Below, piece after piece: positions 1-9,164 of a DNA stretch of 64,000 bases (its first letter is position 1; each line of letters starts with the position of its first letter). The position numbers and the translations under genes were made by a program. The notes under the pieces were generated by a model. The model saw nothing but the letters and a program-made list of their open reading frames with translations, did not search any database and was not told the DNA's origin. The stretch covers positions 8,896 to 72,895 of the forward strand of contig CALVJT010000021.1 of the NCBI GenBank assembly GCA_944332315.1, read 5' to 3'. Source of the stretch: an uncultured Clostridia bacterium (lineage in GTDB: Bacteria; Bacillota; Clostridia; Christensenellales; UBA1242).

Positions 1-546
1 CTGTGTATTATTCCGCTTTTACTTATGGAACCATATAGATTAGAGCGCTTAATAGCCTTTTTGGACCCTTGGTCTAATGCGCAGGATGAGGGCTTTCAGT
101 TGGTGCAAAGTTTGTATTCTTTGGGCTCTGGTGGTCTATTTGGAGTAGGACTATTTGAAAGTAGGCAAAAGTATTTGTTTTTACCATTTGCCGAAAGCGA
201 TTTTATCTTTTCTATTATAGGCGAGGAATTGGGTCTAGTTGGTTGCTTGTTTATTATGGCAATATTTTTTGTATTGATTTATTATGGCTTTAGGGTAGCT
301 AAAAATGCTAGTACGCGTTTTGGTAGTCTACTTGCTTGTGGCATAACATTTGTTATAGCAATTCAGGTAATCTTTAACATTGCTGTTGTTACGGGTAGCA
401 TTCCGCCAACTGGGCTTCCGCTTCCGTTTATAAGTGCGGGCGGAACATCAATTGTAGTATTTCTATCGGCAATTGGCGTGTTGCTTAATATTGATAAGCA
501 GAGCAAGCGCGATATGCAAAACTATGCATTTGTGCCACAAAGATAA
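1..546 (+). CDS. SEDS-family protein (FtsW/RodA/SpoVE), C-terminal part; the 5' end lies upstream of the window
   Basis: The frame is open from nt 1, with no stop before the listed ATG at 25. The translation has family hallmarks (FLDPW, QSLYSLGSGGLFGVG, FLPFAESDFIFSIIGEELG, PFISAGGTS) and TM helices. It is followed by murA and an FtsQ-like gene. Confidence 0.85.
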   Translation: MCIIPLLLMEPYRLERLIAFLDPWSNAQDEGFQLVQSLYSLGSGGLFGVGLFESRQKYLFLPFAESDFIFSIIGEELGLVGCLFIMAIFFVLIYYGFRVAKNASTRFGSLLACGITFVIAIQVIFNIAVVTGSIPPTGLPLPFISAGGTSIVVFLSAIGVLLNIDKQSKRDMQNYAFVPQR

Positions 547-588
547 GTTTTTGCATAAAATGGAAAGTAATAGTATAGCGAGGATAAA

Positions 589-1854
589 ATGAAAAAATAC
601 ATAATAAATGGGGGTAATATGCTGTTTGGCGAGGTGGAGATAGAAACTTCAAAAAATAGCTTGCTCCCAATACTATCAGCAACAATACTTACAGATGAGC
701 AGTGCATTATACATAAAGTTCCAGATTTTTTAGATATTAAAAATATGCTAAATATACTAAAACATACAGGCTTAAAAATTATACATAATGATGATACTGT
801 TATAATAGATGGTGCAAATGCTAATACCTGCGAATTGAGTATTGAACTTTCATCTCCGTTGCGTTCGTCCATATATGCAATGGGTGCATTTTTAGGGCGT
901 TTTAGAAAGGCAAAAATTTGCTACCCCGGTGGTTGTGATATCGGGCTAAGGCCGATAGATTTACACTTGCGTGGGCTCAAAGATTTAGGCGCAAAGATTA
1001 TAGAACAACATGGCAACATATACTGTGATGGCAGTAATATGAAAGGAGGTAAAGTCTTTTTAGATTTTCCCTCAGTAGGTGCTACGGTAAATATTATGCT
1101 TGCAAGCGTTTTAATAGAGGGAACAACCACAATTTATAATTGCGCTAAAGAGCCCGAAATAGTAGATTTGCAAAAGTTCTTAAATGCAATGGGCGCAAAA
1201 ATTCGTGGTGCAGGCTCCTCTACAATTACAATTAAAGGCGTAAAAAAATTACATAAGGTAGATTGGACGCCTATTGGAGATAGAATAGTTGCAGGGACAT
1301 ACATGATTGCCTGCGCAATGTGCGGGGGCAAAATTACAATAAAAAACGCCATTTACGAACACAATCAATACCTTATTAATTTGCTGATGCGTGCGGGTTG
1401 TAATATAGTACTCAAAAATTCAAATTTAATTGTGGAATGCAGTAAAAGAACAAAGTGCATACAAAAAGTTGAAACAATGCCATATCCCGCATTTCCTACC
1501 GATTTGCAACCACAGTTGATGGCTCTAGAGTGTGTGAGTAGTGGCAATAGCATTATAGTTGAAAATTTGTACGAAACGCGATTTAAGCATGTTCCAGAGC
1601 TACTAAAAATGGGAGCAAACATAATTGTAAAAAATCAAACAGCCTTTATAAGTGGGGTCGAAAAGCTTTATGGGGCAGAAGTAAAAGCCAGCGATTTAAG
1701 GGCGGGGGCAGGGCTAATACTTGCAGGCTTATGCGCGCAAGGATATACTACAATAAATTCAATAGAACACATTTTGCGTGGGTACGAAAATATTGATAAA
1801 AAATTGACGCAATTAGGTGCAGATATAAAACTAGTTGATGATAAATTAAAATGA
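589..1854 (+). CDS. murA: UDP-N-acetylglucosamine 1-carboxyvinyltransferase
   Basis: 421 aa. The N-terminus (INGGNMLFGEVEIETSKNSLLPILSATIL) and overall length are typical of MurA. SD GAGGA lies upstream of the ATG. Confidence 0.9.
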   Translation: MKKYIINGGNMLFGEVEIETSKNSLLPILSATILTDEQCIIHKVPDFLDIKNMLNILKHTGLKIIHNDDTVIIDGANANTCELSIELSSPLRSSIYAMGAFLGRFRKAKICYPGGCDIGLRPIDLHLRGLKDLGAKIIEQHGNIYCDGSNMKGGKVFLDFPSVGATVNIMLASVLIEGTTTIYNCAKEPEIVDLQKFLNAMGAKIRGAGSSTITIKGVKKLHKVDWTPIGDRIVAGTYMIACAMCGGKITIKNAIYEHNQYLINLLMRAGCNIVLKNSNLIVECSKRTKCIQKVETMPYPAFPTDLQPQLMALECVSSGNSIIVENLYETRFKHVPELLKMGANIIVKNQTAFISGVEKLYGAEVKASDLRAGAGLILAGLCAQGYTTINSIEHILRGYENIDKKLTQLGADIKLVDDKLK

Positions 1855-1964
1855 TAAGTTTTAAGGCTTGTCATTTTTTAACATAAAAAACTATCTTGCG
1901 ACAAAAATATTTTTATTCTTAAATATTTTTCTAAAGAAAATATAAAGTAAAGTGTATTATTTCA

Positions 1965-1993
1965 TTGACAAAATCTGCAAGAATTGATAAACT
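1965..1993 (+). promoter_or_regulatory. sigma-A-type promoter upstream of the ftsQ-like gene
   Basis: TTGACA (1965-1970), 17-nt spacer, TGaTAAACT extended -10 (1985-1993). Confidence 0.5.
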
Positions 1994-2049
1994 TATATAG
2001 ATATTGTTTGATGCCCATTTGTGGCGTTTAGGATGTTAAAGGAGAGAGA

Positions 2050-2841
2050 ATGAAGACAAAAAGACTTGTTATACTACTTTCAATTTTTGCTTTAATTATA
2101 ATGATTGTAGTCCTTTCGAGTACAGTTTTTTCTCTATCTAAAGTACAAGTTTCTTTTGTCGAAGTTCCAACAAATTATTCCATTGCCGACGAGCAAGCTA
2201 TAATTGATAGTGGCAAGTTTGATTATGGAACTAGCATTTTTTTAGTAAATAAAAGTTCTCACATAGATAAAATTGAAGCGCAATTTCCTAATCTTATGGT
2301 TGTAAATATCGAAACGATATTCCCCAATAAGCTAATGATACAAGTAGTAGAACGACAAGAATTTCTAGCGCTATACAACAGCGGTCAAAGTACCTACTAT
2401 GTTGTTGATGGCGATATGAAAGTTTTGAGAGTTGTTGATAATGCCAGCGCAGTTTCAAATGTGGCTAAGTGTATGGTAACGCAAGATTTGCAAAATTATG
2501 AACATGGCGATTTTGTAGCCTTAGATAATGAAACAACGCTTTTGAGTCAATTGTGTAGTGCTTTTTGGCAGTGTGAATATAGCGAAAAGGAGCTAAACTC
2601 GCTTGTCCGTAGCGTTTACTTTGATAGTGTAAACAATGAACTCATTATATCTACATATTGTAGATTTTGGTTTACTATAAAAAATCCTTATACAAGGTTG
2701 CCCGAAAAGTTGTATGCTGGTAACGATGCTGTTTTTGGCGCGCAAGGCGTTGGCGAGGATTTTGTTGGCGAAATTTTGGTTTACGAGAATGCACAAAATA
2801 ATTCTATAGATGTAAACGCTATTTTGAATGGGAGCAATTGA
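2050..2841 (+). CDS. FtsQ/DivIB-like cell-division protein (N-terminal TM anchor plus POTRA-like region)
   Basis: Strong SD (AAAGGAGAGAGA). One N-terminal TM helix. A POTRA-like block (VQVSFVEV...IFLVNKSSHIDKIEAQFPNLMVVNIETIFPNKLMIQVVERQEF). dcw-type context after the SEDS gene and murA. Confidence 0.6.
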   Translation: MKTKRLVILLSIFALIIMIVVLSSTVFSLSKVQVSFVEVPTNYSIADEQAIIDSGKFDYGTSIFLVNKSSHIDKIEAQFPNLMVVNIETIFPNKLMIQVVERQEFLALYNSGQSTYYVVDGDMKVLRVVDNASAVSNVAKCMVTQDLQNYEHGDFVALDNETTLLSQLCSAFWQCEYSEKELNSLVRSVYFDSVNNELIISTYCRFWFTIKNPYTRLPEKLYAGNDAVFGAQGVGEDFVGEILVYENAQNNSIDVNAILNGSN

Positions 2842-2844
2842 TAA

Positions 2845-3405
2845 ATGAATAAGTTGGTGATTTACGGCTCTATTTATGGAGCTACAAAAGATTATGCAAA
2901 CGAATTGGCAAATTCTATTGATGCAAATATTGTAAGTATAAAAGATATTGATGCAAACGATTTAGATGCCTTTGATGTAATCGTAATTGGTAGCGGTATA
3001 TATGCAAGTGGTTTGGTAGCATCAAAAAAGATACACAAAATTCTAAAGAACTACAAAGATAAAAATAAAAAATTTATCGTATATACAGTAGGAATCGCTG
3101 ACCCCAAAAATAATGCTAAACATTTGCACGATTTGGTGTACAAGCAATTACCCAAAGAGGAATGTGCCACTTTTGAACTATTCCATTTAAGAGGGTGCCT
3201 TGATTATAGCAAATTATCTTTGAAACACAAAATTATGATGTTTATGCTAAAACAAATGATTAAACATAAAAAACAAAAAACAATCGAGGATGAATACATC
3301 CTTAAAACTTATGGTTCAGTTGTAAATTTTGTTGATTTTGATACGCTCAAACCTATTGTAGATTCTGTAAATGCGTTTGAAAATTCAAAAAATGAGAAGG
3401 TCTAA
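2845..3405 (+). CDS. flavodoxin-domain protein
   Basis: The N-terminus MNKLVIYGSIYGATKDYANELA and the later VIVIGSGIYASG fit a flavodoxin-like fold (HemG/flavodoxin_5-like). Confidence 0.5.
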   Translation: MNKLVIYGSIYGATKDYANELANSIDANIVSIKDIDANDLDAFDVIVIGSGIYASGLVASKKIHKILKNYKDKNKKFIVYTVGIADPKNNAKHLHDLVYKQLPKEECATFELFHLRGCLDYSKLSLKHKIMMFMLKQMIKHKKQKTIEDEYILKTYGSVVNFVDFDTLKPIVDSVNAFENSKNEKV

Positions 3406-3443
3406 TCTCATTTTTTTTCTTTTTATAGAAAATTGACTTTATT

Positions 3444-3508
3444 CAAAATGTTGTGGGCAACTTCGTAAATAATAGATAATTAATACCCCAATATTGATTA
3501 TAGAATCT
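3444..3508 (+). repeat. intergenic repeat family R2, copy 1
   Basis: CAAAATGTTGTGGGCAA ... CCCCAATATTGATTATAGAATCT. Its reverse complement matches 20565-20638 block for block. Confidence 0.7.
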
Positions 3509-3677
3509 AAAATATCAAAAACGGATAATTGATAATCTTATAACAAAGATATATTTGTTTGATGATAAGTTTATCATCTACATTGATTTGCTTGATATAA
3601 ATAACGTCGAATTTATCAAAGTGTCAAAAGATATAGAATCTTTTGAAAATAAAAGTGAGTTCGTATATCAAACGAAA

Positions 3678-3753
3678 TGGTGGACCATCAGGGACTCGAA
3701 CCCTGGACACACTGATTAAGAGTCAGTTGCTCTACCAACTGAGCTAATGATCC
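3678..3753 (-). tRNA. tRNA-Lys (anticodon CUU)
   Basis: Reverse complement GGATCATTAGCTCAGTTGGTAGAGCAACTGACTCTTAATCAGTGTGTCCAGGGTTCGAGTCCCTGATGGTCCACCA. It has a 7-bp acceptor stem (one G-U), anticodon stem ACTGA/TCAGT, loop CUCUUAA, a GTTCGAGTC T-loop, and an encoded CCA. Confidence 0.92.
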
Positions 3754-3766
3754 AAGCGATAGCCAT

Positions 3767-3795
3767 AGTTTATCACAAACAAATGTTTTTGTCAA
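3767..3795 (-). promoter_or_regulatory. sigma-A-type promoter for tRNA-Lys
   Basis: On the minus strand: TTGACA, 17-nt spacer, TGaTAAACT. The -10 ends about 13 nt before the tRNA 5' end. Confidence 0.5.
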
Positions 3796-3812
3796 CTTAT
3801 TTTGCATTTTTT

Positions 3813-3842
3813 TTGCTTTTATATTAAAATATGTGTTATAAT
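3813..3842 (+). promoter_or_regulatory. sigma-A-type promoter for truA
   Basis: TTGCTT (3813-3818), 18-nt spacer, TGtTATAAT (3834-3842). It overlaps the ATG at 3831 used by the ORF track, which argues for the downstream start. Confidence 0.45.
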
Positions 3843-3860
3843 ATCTCAAATGAGGTATGT

Positions 3861-4592
3861 ATGAGAATAAAAGCCGTTATTGAGTACGATGGTGGGAACT
3901 ATGCTGGTTGGCAGGAACAATTTGGAAAGTCTACTATACAGGGAGAGTTGCAAAGGGCATTACTAGATTTAACTGGACAAAATATAATTTTGCATGCTAG
4001 TGGTCGCACAGATGCTGGAGTGAGTGCAAAAAATCAAGTAGTTCATTTTGATATTGATACAAACTTAAAAATGTATAATTTGATGATGGCGCTCAATATG
4101 CGTTTGCCAGATGATATTAGAATAAAAAAAATGGAGCAGGTAAGTGCAGATTTTCATGCTAGATACAGTGCAAAAAAGAAAATATATACATATCGTATGT
4201 ATGCCTCTTCTATAGAAAGTCCACTTAGGCGCAAAACGCACCTTCAGGTATGGCCAAATTTAGATTTTAATTTAATGCAAGAAGCTTGTAGATATTTTGT
4301 GGGTACGCACGATTTTATTGGTTTTAGCCACCAAAACCCCCAAATAGTATCTACTATTAGAACAATATATTCTTGTGAAATGTTAAAACGGGATGATGAT
4401 ATAATTATTAAAATTTGTGGAAATGGCTTTTTACACAATATGGTAAGAATTATCTGTGGAACCATTCTAAAAGTGGGGCAAAGAAAAATTAAGTTATCTG
4501 ATTTACCTGATATCATAAACAGTAAAGATAGAAAGCGAGCTGGGCAAACTTTGCCCGCCTTTGCATTGACGCTTGAAAACATTGAATATTGA
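3861..4592 (+). CDS. truA: tRNA pseudouridine(38-40) synthase TruA
   Basis: MRIKAVIEYDGGNYAGWQ...ILHASGRTDAGVSA (catalytic Asp motif). The start was moved to ATG 3861, which has TGAGGT upstream. Confidence 0.9.
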   Translation: MRIKAVIEYDGGNYAGWQEQFGKSTIQGELQRALLDLTGQNIILHASGRTDAGVSAKNQVVHFDIDTNLKMYNLMMALNMRLPDDIRIKKMEQVSADFHARYSAKKKIYTYRMYASSIESPLRRKTHLQVWPNLDFNLMQEACRYFVGTHDFIGFSHQNPQIVSTIRTIYSCEMLKRDDDIIIKICGNGFLHNMVRIICGTILKVGQRKIKLSDLPDIINSKDRKRAGQTLPAFALTLENIEY

Positions 4593-4623
4593 ACAATCTT
4601 ATTAGTAAATTGTTTGCAAAGCA

Positions 4624-4652
4624 CTTGACTTTTGTTAAAAAATTTGATATTA
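4624..4652 (+). promoter_or_regulatory. sigma-A-type promoter for rplM-rpsI
   Basis: TTGACT (4624-4629), 17-nt spacer, TGaTATTAT extended -10 (4644-4652). It leaves a leader of about 115 nt. Confidence 0.55.
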
Positions 4653-4774
4653 TATTCAAGTCAAACTGATAATGCTTGTTTAGTCCCAAGCATTCTTTAT
4701 GTACGACAATGCATATTAGATGTGCTTCTAATCTAATATCACCATATTTTTAATTTAACTCGGAGGAAATTTAA

Positions 4775-5218
4775 ATGAAAACATTTATGGCTAATCCGCA
4801 AAATGTTGAACGCAAATGGTACGTCGTAGACGCTGAAGATATGATTTTGGGTCGTCTTGCAAGTGAAGTTGCTGCAATATTGCGCGGTAAACACAAACCA
4901 ACATACACTCCACATGTAGATTGTGGCGATTATGTTATTGTTGTAAATTGCGATAAAGTTCGCGTAACTGGCAAAAAATATACCGAAAAGCTTTATAGAA
5001 GGCACACTGGATACCCTAATGGGTTTAGAGAGGTTGCCTACAAAGATTTAATTGCTAAAAAACCAACTTATGCTGTAGAATTAGCAGTTAAGGGTATGTT
5101 ACCAAAAAATAATCTTGGCAGAAAGATGCTAAAGCACCTAAAATTGTATGCAGGTCCTGAACATCAAAATCAAGCACAAAAACCTGAAAAGTTAGAAATT
5201 CAAGGAGGTAAAAGATAA
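4775..5218 (+). CDS. rplM: 50S ribosomal protein L13
   Basis: 147 aa. [30 protein letters not shown] is a canonical L13 N-terminus. SD GGAGG. Confidence 0.95.
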   Translation: MKTFMANPQNVERKWYVVDAEDMILGRLASEVAAILRGKHKPTYTPHVDCGDYVIVVNCDKVRVTGKKYTEKLYRRHTGYPNGFREVAYKDLIAKKPTYAVELAVKGMLPKNNLGRKMLKHLKLYAGPEHQNQAQKPEKLEIQGGKR

Positions 5219-5637
5219 TGGCAGCAAAAGCAACACTTAAATCAAAAAAAGTGCAATATCTTGGTACTGGTAGAAGGAAAAAATCAGTAGCTAGAGTTAG
5301 AATTTTGCCTAATGGAACAGGCAAAATAGTTATTAATAAGGTTGACATTGATACTTACTTCCCAATGGATACAATGAAATATGTTGTTCGTCAACCACTT
5401 GCTTTAACTAATACAGAAACAAAGTACGATATTTATGTAAATGTATACGGCGGTGGTTTTTCTGGGCAAGCCGGTGCAGTTCGTCATGGAATAGCAAGAG
5501 CGCTTGTAAAAGCTGATGAGGCTCTTAAGCCAGAATTAAAGAAAGCAGGTTTCTTGACAAGAGATTCAAGAATGAAGGAGAGAAAGAAATACGGACTCCA
5601 CAAAGCAAGACGCGCTCCACAATTTTCAAAGCGTTAG
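5218..5637 (+). CDS. rpsI: 30S ribosomal protein S9
   Basis: The C-terminus [27 protein letters not shown] is canonical S9. The start overlaps the rplM stop (TAATG). Confidence 0.95.
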   Translation: MAAKATLKSKKVQYLGTGRRKKSVARVRILPNGTGKIVINKVDIDTYFPMDTMKYVVRQPLALTNTETKYDIYVNVYGGGFSGQAGAVRHGIARALVKADEALKPELKKAGFLTRDSRMKERKKYGLHKARRAPQFSKR

Positions 5638-5644
5638 TCGAACA

Positions 5645-5675
5645 AAAAAGTTGCAATTATTTGCAACTTTTTTTG
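5645..5675 (+). terminator. rho-independent terminator after rpsI
   Basis: Stem AGTTGCAA/TTGCAACT, loop TTAT, then a T-run (TTTTTTGTT). Confidence 0.8.
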
Positions 5676-5690
5676 TTGGCTAATAATAAA

Positions 5691-5790
5691 GGTTCTTTAT
5701 TATTTATGGTGTATATAAAGTTAAGGGTTCAAACCTTTGCTAAATATTTTCTGCTAAATATTTAACTAACCCCACGAATATTATAGAAAC
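5691..5790 (+). repeat. intergenic repeat family R1, copy 1 (~100 nt)
   Basis: GGTTCTTTATTATTTATGG...GGTTCAAACCTTTGCTAAA...GCTAAATATTTAACTAACCCCACGAATATTATAGAAAC. It aligns by eye with 16279-16378, 43933-44030, 46440-46532 (reverse) and more weakly with 20646-20731. Confidence 0.75.
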
Positions 5791-5940
5791 ACAATAAAAA
5801 GCTTTTTGTTAAAAGGTAGATTGTTTGCGACGAGCGGGCGATAGTGATTTTTACAATTTTGCTACAATATTCCTAGGGAACGATACAAACTACCGACTAA
5901 ACCATTAGTTGTGATTTGGCTATTAATTCTAAATTCTTGA

Positions 5941-5965
5941 AAAGGGAGTATTTAATACTCCCTTT
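5941..5965 (-). terminator. hairpin terminator downstream of the GDPD gene
   Basis: AAAGGGAGTA / TACTCCCTTT stem (10 bp), loop TTTAA. The U-run on the minus strand is short (CCCUUUUC). Confidence 0.5.
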
Positions 5966-5995
5966 GTGTTTATTTGTAGTTTAAGATATTAAATT

Positions 5996-6844
5996 TTATG
6001 CAACATCTTTGTTTTCTTGCTCTGCAACAGTATTAGTGCTTGATGATTGTACAGGATCATCACCATTGTTTGGTTTTAGCAACTCTGATTTATTGCAAGG
6101 TAATACTCTTGGCTCAAACCCCTCAAATATAATATTATCAACATACTTAAAGCATTTTCTATATTCCTCTTGTGATTTTACTGTCCAACCTATTACAGGC
6201 AATTCGGAATATTTTTTTACAAATCTGTTTGGTAGGGCGGAAGCATCGTACGAGATAAAGTTAGGTTTAGCTCTTTTGTTTAATTTCATACGCCTTAAAA
6301 ACATTCTTTTAAGTAGGGACATATGCTTAAATTCACGGCCCTTAAAGGTGCAAGATATTTGCCCGCGTAGTACATTTGGTGAGTACTTGGCAAACCACTC
6401 CAATGATAGGGGATTAAACGACTGTATAGCCACATCGCCTTTATAGTTTCTAATTAGTTTGCATACAGCTTTTTCAAGTTGACCTACACGAGTCTGGTTA
6501 TCTTTAAGGTCTAGCAAAATGCCAACCTTGCCATCTACAAGTTCAAAAACTTGCTCTAAGGTAGGTATACATTCATCGGTACCTAGCAATTTATAATCTT
6601 CTAGTTGTGCTTTAGTAAGATTTTTTACATATCCATCTTGCCCTGTCATTTTAGAAAGTTGATCGCCACCAAAAACAACCACAGTACCATCTGCAATTAA
6701 CTGGACATCGCATTCAATTATATAATTCTTTTCCATTGCTTTTTTGAATGCGGATAAAGAGTTTTCTGGTGTAAGATGGTCATGTAGCCCTTTATGAGCA
6801 ATAAAGTTTTTAGTTATAAAAGGTTCATCAATTTCAATATTCAT
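5996..6844 (-). CDS. glycerophosphodiester phosphodiesterase family protein
   Basis: FIAHKGLHDHLTPENSLSAFKKAMEKNYIIECDVQL matches the GDPD HR/E/D-type N-terminal motif pattern. SD AAGGAG. Confidence 0.8.
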   Translation of the reverse strand: MNIEIDEPFITKNFIAHKGLHDHLTPENSLSAFKKAMEKNYIIECDVQLIADGTVVVFGGDQLSKMTGQDGYVKNLTKAQLEDYKLLGTDECIPTLEQVFELVDGKVGILLDLKDNQTRVGQLEKAVCKLIRNYKGDVAIQSFNPLSLEWFAKYSPNVLRGQISCTFKGREFKHMSLLKRMFLRRMKLNKRAKPNFISYDASALPNRFVKKYSELPVIGWTVKSQEEYRKCFKYVDNIIFEGFEPRVLPCNKSELLKPNNGDDPVQSSSTNTVAEQENKDVA

Positions 6845-7073
6845 AAATTCTCCTTATGACTATTGGCAACAACTTGATTGGCAACTCATTGCCAAAGCCC
6901 AAACAATATTTTATAATCTCGCATTAAGCGTTAAGTTCATTTTTGATAATGTATTATACCATATTTATATGAAAAAGTCTAGTATAAAATGCAAGAAAAA
7001 GCAATATTTTTGCAATATAAAGGCACATTTTGGTGTGTTTTGTAGCACATTTTTGCTAAAAACTTAAATTTTG

Positions 7074-7110
7074 CCCCAAAATATTGTTTTAATATGAAAT
7101 TATAGAAAAT
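7074..7110 (+). repeat. partial, diverged R2-like repeat
   Basis: CCCCAAAATATTG...ATTATAGAAAAT resembles the CCCCAATATTGATTATAGAATCT half of R2. It is preceded by a TTTTTGCTAAA block that also occurs in R1. Confidence 0.35.
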
Positions 7111-7320
7111 CATTAAAGGTTAAATATTTTACAACTAAGAGACAAAAATGTCATGTAATAATTGCGCAATTTGGTAAAAGATAAAGAATAAAAATCTAAA
7201 AACTCGATTTTATTTGCAACATATATCAATTTAAGATTATTTAAGAATAGTCTACTTTATATTATATGAATAGTCTGCTTTTTATAAATATTAGCGCAAA
7301 TTTGATATATCCACAATTAC

Positions 7321-7349
7321 TTGACAATTTATGCTAAAAAAATTATAAT
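7321..7349 (+). promoter_or_regulatory. consensus sigma-A promoter for lepA
   Basis: TTGACA (7321-7326), 17-nt spacer, TATAAT (7344-7349). Confidence 0.65.
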
Positions 7350-7367
7350 TTAATGATTGGAGATAGT

Positions 7368-9164
7368 ATGAACGATAGGCAAAAATATATAAGAAATTTT
7401 TGTATAGTAGCACACATAGACCACGGAAAATCGACGCTTGCCGATAGGATGCTTGAGCTGACGCAAACGGTTGCTAAAAGGGATATGGAGGAGCAGATTC
7501 TTGATAGTATGGACCTAGAGCGTGAGCGGGGCATAACCATAAAACTCACTCCTACTAGAATGCACTATAAATACAATGGACAAGAATATACACTAAACCT
7601 TATTGATACCCCTGGGCATGTGGACTTTACCTATGAGGTATCGCGCTCGCTTGCAGCATGTGAGGGGGCGGTGCTAGTTGTAGACGCAACGCAGGGTGTC
7701 GAGGCGCAGACGCTATCCAACGTATATTTGGCACTAGATAATGATTTAGAGATTATTCCAGTAATTAACAAAGTAGATTTGCCAAGTGCAAGAATAGAGG
7801 AGGCAATGCAAGAAATAGAGGAAAGTATAGGTTTGCCAGCAAAGGATGCTCCGCAAATATCAGCCAAGGAGGGCATTAACATAGATAAAGTGCTTGAGGC
7901 GATTATAGAGAATGTGCCACCGCCAAGCGGGGATACGGATGCTCCGCTGAGGGCATTGATATTTGACTCTAAATACGATAACTTTAAGGGCGCGGTTTGT
8001 ATTATAAGAGTTGTGGATGGAAGCGTAAAGATGGGCAGTAAAATAAAACTTATACAAACTGGTAAGACTTTTGAAGTTACAGAAGTTGGAGTGTTTTCGC
8101 CAAAGGCATGCAAAACAAATGTACTACAAGCGGGGGATGTTGGTTATTTGTGTGCAAGCATAAAAGAAGTGGCTGATGCCAAGGTAGGTGGAACATTTAC
8201 AGATATTGATGCAGATGTCCAACCGCTAGCAGGCTATAAGCAAGTAGTGCCAGTAGTATTTAGCGGAATCTTTCCAGTGGATGGCAATGACTATGAGGAA
8301 TTAAAAGATGCTTTAGAAAAATTAAAGCTCAATGATTCCTCATTGCAAGTACAACCAGAAGTATCGCAAGCGTTGGGCTTTGGTTTTAGATGTGGCTTTT
8401 TGGGCCTGTTGCATATGGAGGTTATTACCGAAAGAATAGAGCGAGAGTTCAATATAGGAGTTATAACAACAGCGCCAAATGTTAACTATAAGGTTTATAA
8501 AACAAATGGCGAAATGGTAGAAGTTTCGAATCCGGTCAATTTGCCAAAACCGGTGGAGATAGAGCATATAGAGGAGCCGTATGTTAACTTGCATGTTTAT
8601 GTGCCATCTGAATATGTGGGTTCCATAATGGAGCTTTGCCAAGAAAAGCGCGCTAATTTTATTGATATGCAGTATGTAGATGGTAAGCGTGTTAAATTGA
8701 CTTATGATATACCACTAAATGAAATTATCTATGATTTCTTTGACCAACTAAAATCACGCTCTAAAGGCTATGGTAGCCTTGATTATGAATTAAGCGAATA
8801 TAAGCCTAGCGACTTAGTGAAACTTGATATATTGTTAAACAACGAGATATGTGATGCATTAAGTATTATAGTGCACAAAGATAAAGCGTACGCAAAAGGT
8901 AGAAGTATTACAGAAAAGCTTAAAGAGGTTATACCAAGGCAAATGTTTGAAGTGCCCGTGCAAGCGTGTATAGGCAACAAAGTAATTGCGCGCGAAACAA
9001 TCAAGGCATATAGGAAAGATGTGCTAGCAAAATGTTACGGCGGGGATATTACAAGAAAACGCAAGTTGTTAGAAAAACAAAAGGAAGGGAAAAAGAAAAT
9101 GAGAAAGATTGGCTCGGTAGAATTGCCGAGTGAGGCTTTCTTATCCATCTTAAAAACCAATTAA
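7368..9164 (+). CDS. lepA: translation elongation factor 4 (LepA)
   Basis: [36 protein letters not shown] GTPase motifs and a LepA C-terminal domain. The start was moved to ATG 7368 (SD GGAGA). Confidence 0.95.
   Translation: MNDRQKYIRNFCIVAHIDHGKSTLADRMLELTQTVAKRDMEEQILDSMDLERERGITIKLTPTRMHYKYNGQEYTLNLIDTPGHVDFTYEVSRSLAACEGAVLVVDATQGVEAQTLSNVYLALDNDLEIIPVINKVDLPSARIEEAMQEIEESIGLPAKDAPQISAKEGINIDKVLEAIIENVPPPSGDTDAPLRALIFDSKYDNFKGAVCIIRVVDGSVKMGSKIKLIQTGKTFEVTEVGVFSPKACKTNVLQAGDVGYLCASIKEVADAKVGGTFTDIDADVQPLAGYKQVVPVVFSGIFPVDGNDYEELKDALEKLKLNDSSLQVQPEVSQALGFGFRCGFLGLLHMEVITERIEREFNIGVITTAPNVNYKVYKTNGEMVEVSNPVNLPKPVEIEHIEEPYVNLHVYVPSEYVGSIMELCQEKRANFIDMQYVDGKRVKLTYDIPLNEIIYDFFDQLKSRSKGYGSLDYELSEYKPSDLVKLDILLNNEICDALSIIVHKDKAYAKGRSITEKLKEVIPRQMFEVPVQACIGNKVIARETIKAYRKDVLAKCYGGDITRKRKLLEKQKEGKKKMRKIGSVELPSEAFLSILKTN

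Noticed and set aside
3831-3860. Upstream-extended starts from the ORF track: 3831 truA, 7353 lepA, 26429, 31389 ruvX, 39813 spoIIIAA, 43071 GNAT, 50469, 50823 S8, 52205, 61477, 62198.
   Set aside because: The extensions overlap promoter -35/-10 boxes or contain the SD of a downstream in-frame ATG/TTG, and the downstream start matches the family N-terminus.
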